Shown piece by piece: positions 10,441 to 17,972 of a DNA stretch of 17,972 nucleotides. Within the stretch, counting starts at the first letter, position 1. Each line of letters opens with the position of its first letter. The stretch is from Ginkgo biloba (Eukaryota; Plantae; Ginkgophyta). Under the pieces are notes generated by a model. That model did not search any database and was not told the DNA's origin. It was given only the letters and a program-made list of their open reading frames with translations. The stretch covers positions 66,982,044-67,000,015 of the forward strand of contig JANKJI020000004.1 of the NCBI GenBank assembly GCA_024626585.2. The letters run 5' to 3'. The translations under genes were made by a program, and so were the position numbers.

Positions 10441-11875
10441 CTACAAAAGGAAAAACAGAGCACAGGAATTTAGACAAAAGTGTGAAAACAGAAGCCAAAT
10501 AACAGTGCAAATGCAACCCCACACTCCTCTGCACACCGTTCTTTTTCTTCTTGCTACAGAAAGAGAACCAACGTTGTGACCCCTCTGTTTCCATTGAAGA
10601 TTGAAACACCACCATTCAAATAGAAAAATACGAGAAAATTTATCATAGGGAGGCCAGACATGATAAATCTGACCGTCCGAGGTTATTTAGCTGGAGCAGT
10701 TCTATGCAGAATTAGGGCATCAACAAGATGGAGAGAGGTAGGATTTACTTTCATGATCATCTCTTTGTTTATTCTAAGGCTTTTCTAAACTACTTGGAGC
10801 ATATTATGCTTCTGCCAGCCAATGGCCATGTCACCTGCTAACTGCCTAGTTTCTGTTGTTCTAGTTGTCCTGATATCTTAAGCAGAAATTTTGACATAAA
10901 ACCCTATCTTGTTTATTTCATCGCGTTATTGATTCTATTAATAAAGCTGCCTGCTTTAGATGAGTCAAATAAAGAAATCGATATTGACATGACAGCAATG
11001 AAGCCTTACAACCTGGAAGAAGCCGTGACTTTAGTCCACGTTTGAGGATAAGTCGGCACAACTGAGCAAGAAAAGGAATGTTTCATCAACTAAGGGAAGC
11101 AGGTGCCCAATTAATCAAATCAGTGGAACACAAATCCTTTGCAAAGAAGAGGAATGGACACTATATGAGAGTCTGTGAAAAAAAAGACACAAATGAGAAC
11201 ATGGGCTAAGCTATCGGTGAAGACGAACTTTATAAGGTGCATATTGAATGATCTTTTGCAGGATAACATACTAGATAGACAAACAGACGCCTTCAGAGGC
11301 AAATTCAGAAACCATATTATGCTGTACAAGGAGCATACCCTCAAATATGGCCCTAAGCAACACAAAAGGGGCAGTATTGGCACTATAAATATAGTCAAAT
11401 AGGTCAGCCCAGAGTAGGCCAGAATGGACATGTGGACCCAGAGGAAAGCCTGCCATATGGGATATGTATGCAGCACCTATTTTTCATTTGATCATCATGG
11501 TCTTGTAATATGAAGCAGTTTTCCCTGCTATACAAGCAATTTTATTACTCTCTTGACCAGAAGTGTGTAGCAATTGATCTTAATTGGCCATTCTATCATT
11601 TGTACCACATTTGACTACTTTCTGAAAGTTATCAGAATTTTGACTGTTCACCAACATTTTCTTATTGTTGTTAGTTGTTGTATCCTTATTTTATTTCAGT
11701 TCACCATTTTTGTCTCCACTAGTAACCCATTTGGATTATTACAGTAATATCAAAGTAACCTTCCTGTGACCATGGNNNNNNNNNNNNNNNNNNNNNNNNN
11801 NNNNNNNNNNNNNNNNNNNNNNNNNNNNNNNNNNNNNNNNNNNNNNNNNNNNNNNNNNNNNNNNNNNNNNNNNNN

Positions 11876-12500
11876 ACTATAAAGGTAATCCTGGTGCAAG
11901 AAGTACGGTATAATTGGCGAAGGTGGTTTTTGTATTATTTTCCCTAATGCGAAGTCTTTTACAATGTCTTCGAAATCCTCTAATACTACTGGGGTGAATG
12001 GTTTTGGCGATTCCTCTTGTTCGTTAATTATCACTTATTCGTTTTCAGCCAAGGGATATTTGTCGGCCTTTTCATTATGCTCTGAATTATTTTCTTCTTC
12101 TTCCTGTAGTGTTTGTGATCATACTTCTTCTAAAACTTCTACATTTTCTTCCTCCTTTTCGAGTGTTAAAACTTGTAGTGAGGGTGTCTTCTTTTCCTTC
12201 TGTGATGCTTTGGTCGTGCTACTGCTCGCCCTATCTAGAGTCGAGCCTTCACTCTTTGATGGCTTATTCTTCTGAGCCTTTTTATTGGCTGCAGCAATTT
12301 TCTACTATTCCCTATTCTCTCAGCGCTCAATTTGAGCATCAACTATAGGTTGCTCCTTTGATGTCTTCCCTAGCTATCCTAAAGGCGCTTAACAAAAAGC
12401 AACAACCTCCATCATAGACAGGGTTACTGAATCTTTGGCCAACGTATAATTACTTATCTCCTCCTCGAGAGATAATGGATTTTTATAGGCAACATAACCA
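11876..12500 (-). pseudogene. Degenerate Glu/Lys/Ser-rich ORF, probably TE accessory protein
   Basis: One frame reads ...KIAAANKKAQKNKPSKSEGSTLDRASSSTTKASQKEKKTP...EKEEENVEVLEEV*SQTLQEEEENN...EQEESPKPFTPVVLEDFEDIVKDF... with only isolated stops; no domain recognised. Confidence 0.4.
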
Positions 12501-12850
12501 ATGTTTACAGCTCAATGACTGATAGCAAAAGAGTCATCGGTTAACTAGTGATAGTCTAGAGAGACTAGATTGCAGTATTGCTGCTCTCACCAATAGCTCT
12601 ATATCTATTTTTCTTCAGATTTAGTCACTGGCCAACATATGGTTAGAACGCATGCATAGCACAAAGATATAGACGCAATGGAAAAATAAGTGTTTATATT
12701 AATGATGAACAATAAATGACAGTTCAAGGTACATTGTTGAATACATCAGAGAATGTTATTGATTGTGTATTCCATGATGATCAATGCCATAGAGGCATTT
12801 ACAATATACAATTTCTATTCTAACTCTTTGTATCTAATGACAAGAGTCGA

Positions 12851-13208
12851 TTCTATTCATACTTAATAATGATCAATTACAAGTTACATTCGTTGTTTAG
12901 GGGGTTGCTAATAGTTACTTGTCTTGATCCTACCTTCATTCGTTTGTACAAATAGACGAATGAACAAGGCCTTCCTTNNNNNNNNNNNNNNNNNNNNNNN
13001 NNNNNNNNNNNNNNNNNNNNNNNNNNNNNNNNNNNNNNNNNNNNNNNNNNNNNNNNNNNNNNNNNNNNNNNNNNNNNTCGCTTCTATTCATACTCAACTA
13101 ATGATTAGTTACAGGTCACAATTATTTTTTATGGGGTTGCGAATAGTTGCTTCTCTTAATCCTGCCTTTGTTTGTTTGTACAAATGGAGGAACGAACAAT
13201 GCCTTCCT
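12851..13208 (+). repeat. Diverged ~125-bp direct repeat either side of a gap
   Basis: ttctattcatact..aatgat..ttaca.gt.aca...ggggttgc.aatagtt.ctt.tctt.atcct.cctt...gtttgtacaaat.ga.gaa.gaacaa.gccttcct occurs at 12851-12977 and again at 13082-13208. Confidence 0.8.
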
Positions 13209-14561
13209 GTTGCAAACAACCAAGGCCTTTGTTGCACAGTTATTGTTGTTACAAATGGACGAACAAGTATTAATTGAGTTGCAAATAACCAAAGGTTTCT
13301 GCTGCGAACGAACACAGTCATTACAAACAAGCAAACTAACACTGTCTTTTGTTGCGAACGACTAAGGTTTTATGTTCCAAATGGCTACCATTGTTGNNNN
13401 NNNNNNNNNNNNNNNNNNNCAAATCTCTAGCTAACACCTAATAACATGGGATCCAAGTGATTGGTCTCCAAGAATGCATCCAAACTCAAGAATTTCTTGG
13501 GCTTGCCAATTTCTATTAATGTTTTATACTTGGATTCTCTTGCATAGCATGGGACCTTAATCAGTTATTGCCAGTGACCAAGAAGCCATACTCTTAGATC
13601 GAGAAGTAACAAAGGAGTTTCAATCTATTAAAGGATTGTTTATGCAACACACCAATTCTAACATTGCTAGACGTTCAACAAACATTCGAGATTTGCCCTA
13701 AAGCATCTAGGTACGCAATGGGAGCAGTGCTAATGCAACAAAGAAAGTCTATGGCATTCCATTCATAGACTTTTCATTTTGCAATCCAAAAATACTTCAC
13801 ATATGAACGAGAACTATATGCAATTGTGCACACTGTCAAATATTGCAAGCATTACATACTTGGTGAGGAGACTGTAATATATTCAGACCATCAATCATTA
13901 TAGTTTCTTCACACACAGACTAAAGTGGAAAATATGTGCGACATGAACTGGATTAGTTGCCTCCAAAAACTCCACCTTGTTATCAAATACAAGAAGGAAA
14001 CCACTAACTGTGTTGCAAATTGTGTCAGTCAACCTCCAATTCATTCTTTGTTGGCAATTCGTGATGCACAAGGCTATAACAATGATGAATGGAAAGAAAT
14101 GTACCTAGCAAATCCAAACTTCAGCAATACCTATGCATCTTTGAAAAATGGTAAGTTTGTTGATGATTTCTTCCTGAAGGATAGAGTGTTGTCCAGTCTC
14201 GAAAACATTTGTGTTCCCATAGGAGAGCCAAGAAGAGATTGATATACGAGGCCCATTACTCCAAAGTTGCTAGACATTTTGGAAAGCAAAAGGCTCAACT
14301 ACACCTACAAAAATACTTCTACTACCCAGGATTGCTAAAAGATGTGACAAACTTTGTCGAGTCCTGTGTGGCTTGTTGTATAGCCAAGTCAACAAACAAA
14401 CGCCTAGGGCTATATTAGCCACTAATAGCATCTGACATACCTTAGGAATCTATTTCTATGGATTTTTGTAGTGGACTTCCAACTACAAAGAGGCAACATG
14501 GCAGTGTCTTTATTGTTGATGTTTGCCTCTCAAGGATGGCGATAATGATTCCTTGTAAGAA

Positions 14562-14593
14562 GACAATACCTGCACCTGACAATATCTGCACCT
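14562..14593 (+). repeat. 16-bp tandem duplication inside integrase
   Basis: gacaatacctgcacct / gacaatatctgcacct (1 mismatch); frameshifts the integrase core. Confidence 0.9.
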
Positions 14594-15506
14594 GAAGCAA
14601 CAAAGTTATTCTTCCAAAAAATATGGGTACGCTTTTGGATTACCAACGACCATTGTATCCGATTGGGATTCTAAATTCCTTTCCACATTCTGGGAGACAT
14701 TATAGAGCCCTCTTGACACTAAATTGCAAAAGAGCACAGCATTTCATTTGCAAACTAATGGCGAAAGCAAAGTTGTCAATTGGTTGTTAGTCCCCTTATT
14801 GTGAATGTGTCATCATTGACACCCAACCATTTGGAATGATAGCTTTCCATACAGCCAACATGTTTATAATCGAGCAATTCATCAATCAATTGGATGCAGC
14901 CCGTTCGAGGCTTGCGTAGGGTTTCAACCCCATGCACCTATAGACATTGCTTACATTGTGCCCAATGATGTAACAACAAAGAAGCAACAACATAAATAAG
15001 AGAAGGTGAAACGATTTATTAAGCGAATTCAAGATATCCATCAATAAGTTTTTGACATACTGTAAAAGATGCAACACTAGTATAATTTGCTGCACGATGG
15101 ATATGGAATGCAACATTGCTTTCAAGTAGGTGACAAGGTTTTGCTCCAACTCAACAAGGAGTGGCTCAAATGTCCAACTAAGAAACTGCTTCCCATGCAT
15201 TATGTCCCCTAAACCATAACAAAAGTAGTAGGTAAAAATGCTTTTGAGTTGAACATCCTGACATATCTTGGGCTTCATCTAGTATTCGACATTGAGCTTC
15301 GCAAACCTTACCATCCTCCATTGTTAGAAAAAAGCTCAACATCAACAAAACCTAAAGATCTGGACCCCAAATGCATGGTGCACATAAGGAGTTGCTAAGG
15401 TATCAAATCGTAGTTGCAAGACAATTGCCAAACTGGCCAAGTGGTATATAGAAGAGCAATTAAAAACAAAGTTTTTGGAATTAAAGTCAATGGAGACCAT
15501 TGCCTC

Positions 15507-15517
15507 CTTAAGGAGGG
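15507..15517 (+). other. Polypurine tract of the gypsy element (truncated by gap)
   Basis: CTTAAGGAGGG directly after the pol end (METIAS) and before a 201-N gap where the 3' LTR would be expected. Confidence 0.65.
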
Positions 15518-15953
15518 NNNNNNNNNNNNNNNNNNNNNNNNNNNNNNNNNNNNNNNNNNNNNNNNNNNNNNNNNNNNNNNNNNNNNNNNNNNNNNNNNNN
15601 NNNNNNNNNNNNNNNNNNNNNNNNNNNNNNNNNNNNNNNNNNNNNNNNNNNNNNNNNNNNNNNNNNNNNNNNNNNNNNNNNNNNNNNNNNNNNNNNNNNN
15701 NNNNNNNNNNNNNNNNNNTGTTTGACATCATCTATTTTGAGCAATATATCCTTCAAATTTTCTTCCTTTTTCTTTGCTGTAACTCTGTGTAATATAGCCA
15801 AGCATCTTTTTCTATTTTTTTGATAAATTTCTATCTTGTGATCATTCATGTTATGGTTAAAAAACGATAAATGTCATCAGGGACATGCTTGCTCTATTTG
15901 ATGAAAAGTCTATAAGAGTCCATAAAACACATTGCTAAAAAAGACTTTATCAA

Positions 15954-16061
15954 CAAGCTTCCAACAGCTCGATGGTCCTGTCGGGGCAGTGATCCACCTG
16001 AGATATCAAGGCGTAGCACGAGTCCTAGGTTGGCAAAGGTTCAAATCTCATGGGAGGCTTG
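15954..16061 (+). mobile_element. tRNA-derived SINE head / tRNA-like remnant
   Basis: A-box-like CAGCTCGATGG (15965-15975), B-box GGTTCAAATCT (16038-16048), closed by a 9-bp stem CAAGCTTCC/GGAGGCTTG. No valid cloverleaf. Confidence 0.45.
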
Positions 16062-16217
16062 TGCACACGTGGGGTATATGATTATGTCCACAGGTTGGAA
16101 ATTGGTACATATGGATTTCTTTGTGCTGAAATTGGTTTTCCGAAAAAGAAATTAACCGCCTTGTTTACTAACATAAATGTGAGAAAAATGAAAGAGCAAA
16201 TGAGATTGAATGGGTAC

Positions 16218-16506
16218 CTGAGAAACAATACCAGTCGGAATATGTTTCAACCTCACCGCACTTTCCCTTTTATTACGATGCTGACCGCCTGGCCCAGATA
16301 CTTTGTAGGTGTCCATTTCGCATTGTTCCATCAGCTGTTTGTCTGTTAGAGCCAAGTAGTCTGGAGTAGCACAGAATGCCCTCCATCTCCATTTGAAGGT
16401 TTTGCATTGTGGAAAAGAAGCATAAGCAGATGGCTTTGGCCTTGGAAATGCAAGCGCTTCGAGTGAGCNNNNNNNNNNACCGTAGGTACACACTTGAAAA
16501 AGCCAT
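16218..16506 (-). CDS. Class I peptide chain release factor family protein (GGQ domain only, At1g33330-like), exon 1 with putative organellar transit peptide
   Basis: Translation [47 protein letters not shown] has the GGQ motif and AVRLxHxPTGI signature, and ends at donor CAG|GTACCC (intron starts 16217). Likely start is ATG at 16506 (MAFSSVYLR, context ccATGGc), which is 1 nt out of frame across the 10-N gap 16469-16478; attributed to gap-size error. Confidence 0.9.
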
Positions 16507-17972
16507 GGATGTGTAGTGTAGGCGTTCAATGTCGACAATATTTATATTCTTTTGTGATTTGGAGCAGGCGTTTGAACAAATTATTGCTACGGTCGCTTCA
16601 ACATTCTCTCGTTGGGAACCAAAATTGCTTCTTCAACCTCAAACGCACCGATGGCTTCAGAGTTCCAGCGGGACCATGTAAAATCCCCTACATGCCCAGA
16701 AAAACTTTGGAAAAGGGATGGGAAAAAAAAGGCTTACCTGGCTCTCTGCTCATTGCAATTTATAATAGTCAATTTTAAANNNNNNNNNNNNNNNNNNNNN
16801 NNNNNNNNNNNNNNNNNNNNNNNNNNNNNNNNNNNNNNNNNNNNNNNNNNNNNNNNNNNNNNNNNNNNNNNNNNNNNNNAATTGGTCATTTGAGGTAGTT
16901 GAGGTATTTTTTAGTATATAATAGGGCATGCTTTTCCTGCCTAATGGTTGGAGGAAATTTACAGTGGGAAAGATTATTTAGAGGATTGAAAGAAGGGGAA
17001 ATCGTGGAAAGAGGAAGTAAGAGGAAGGGACATACATAAATGTTTCATGCTATAATTGCTATAGCCTTCTCACATATAAATTTATGCCATCTCTTAGGTA
17101 TTCCTATAATATTTTACCTCTGTCTTATTATTTTATTTGCAATAGAATTATTTGGCTATACCTCTCTAACACTCATCTCACCGAGTTTCGACCATAGCTG
17201 CCCCCTATTATATCTGTTTTAGGACTTATTATTTATATGTAGAGTTTTCACTCTTCATATGTGGATATTGCTTTACCCTTTTCATTTGCTAGCAGTGGAT
17301 CATTGACCACATTCATGCAGAGCCTGGTTTCCTTCTTAAACCATCTTTAGTGTTTCACTTTGTCTTGTGCAATCCATCTTGGTTTGTGTCAAAATATTCT
17401 GAAAGGTTCTTCTCGTATACATTTGAAATAAATAATGTATCCATCTAAATGATGCTTCCTAAGATGATACGGCTATCCCTGACTGCACATCTGGCCAGTT
17501 AGTGCACCCTTTTTCCCTCACAAAGACACATTTATTTGCAGCGACCTCTAGCCATTTCAATCGCTCACTTTGCTAGCCTAACAGTGCTTCTATCCGATCA
17601 ACTCTTCCAAATGTCAAAGGTGAACTATGGACGATTGATCATTCAGTTCCAAAGTGATCTCCCTGCTCCAAAAAATTGAATCCGGATCCGTGGTTTCAAA
17701 CCCGCAGAGGTCGTACGGCAGTGGCGGAGCCCGTAGCAATTTTTTTGAAAATATTGATCAAGTTCCCTGTTTCTATATAGAGTAAAGAGATCAAAATCCA
17801 ATGCTAGGTGACTAAATGAAGATTCAATTAAAAAATGTTTCCATCCCATAAGGAGCAGAGGCCCCTCGAGGCTCCTTCTGTGCTGCCTACTATGGCTTTG
17901 CTATTTTTCCATAATTTACTACTTAATTTTGTCATTTATCTATCCTCTAATTTGGTCTCCTTCATGAGGAGA

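Larger units (their letters stand above)
13420..15517 (+). mobile_element. Decayed Ty3/gypsy pol (RT end, RNase H, integrase, chromodomain-like tail, PPT) in intron 1
   Basis: FLGLANFY (RT end); FEICPKASRYAMGAVLMQ and YERELYAIV...SDHQSL (RNase H); EAHYSKVARHFG...CVAC (HHCC); SISMDFCSGLP, GLPTTIVSDWDSKF, STAFHLQTNG (integrase core); FQVGDKV and KNAFEL..LHLVF (GPY/F). RT-RH-IN order is gypsy. Many stops and frameshifts. Confidence 0.93.

Noticed and set aside
15342-15849. Several 100+ aa ORFs in the track spanning N runs
   Set aside because: Length comes from the 201-N gap; not real ORFs.
16152-16217. C-terminal [21 protein letters not shown] of ORF 16152-16538
   Set aside because: Read-through into intron 1; homology continues at exon 2 (10440).

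Overview
Fragmented (11 N-gaps), AT-rich land-plant nuclear scaffold; PPR style and TE-filled long introns suggest a gymnosperm (inference). Main content: (1) a minus-strand multi-exon gene for a GGQ-domain-only class I peptide chain release factor (Arabidopsis At1g33330-like, probably organellar). Four in-phase exons were rebuilt by hand (16506-16218, 10440-10365, 5177-5047, 4899-4829), of which the ORF track shows only the first. (2) A plus-strand PLS-class PPR 3' end with an open E/E+ region followed by a decayed DYW deaminase domain (3360-4044). (3) Two Ty3/gypsy remnants in the release-factor introns: a decayed pol (13420-15517, +) and an internally deleted element reading LTR-PBS-gag stub-integrase tail (7227-8474, -). 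(4) A tRNA-like/SINE head, degenerate TE-like ORFs and small repeats. I found no clear new biological system. The best leads are the GGQ plus HTH-like architecture, the apparent DYW-to-E+ transition, and a PPT-LTR-PBS junction.
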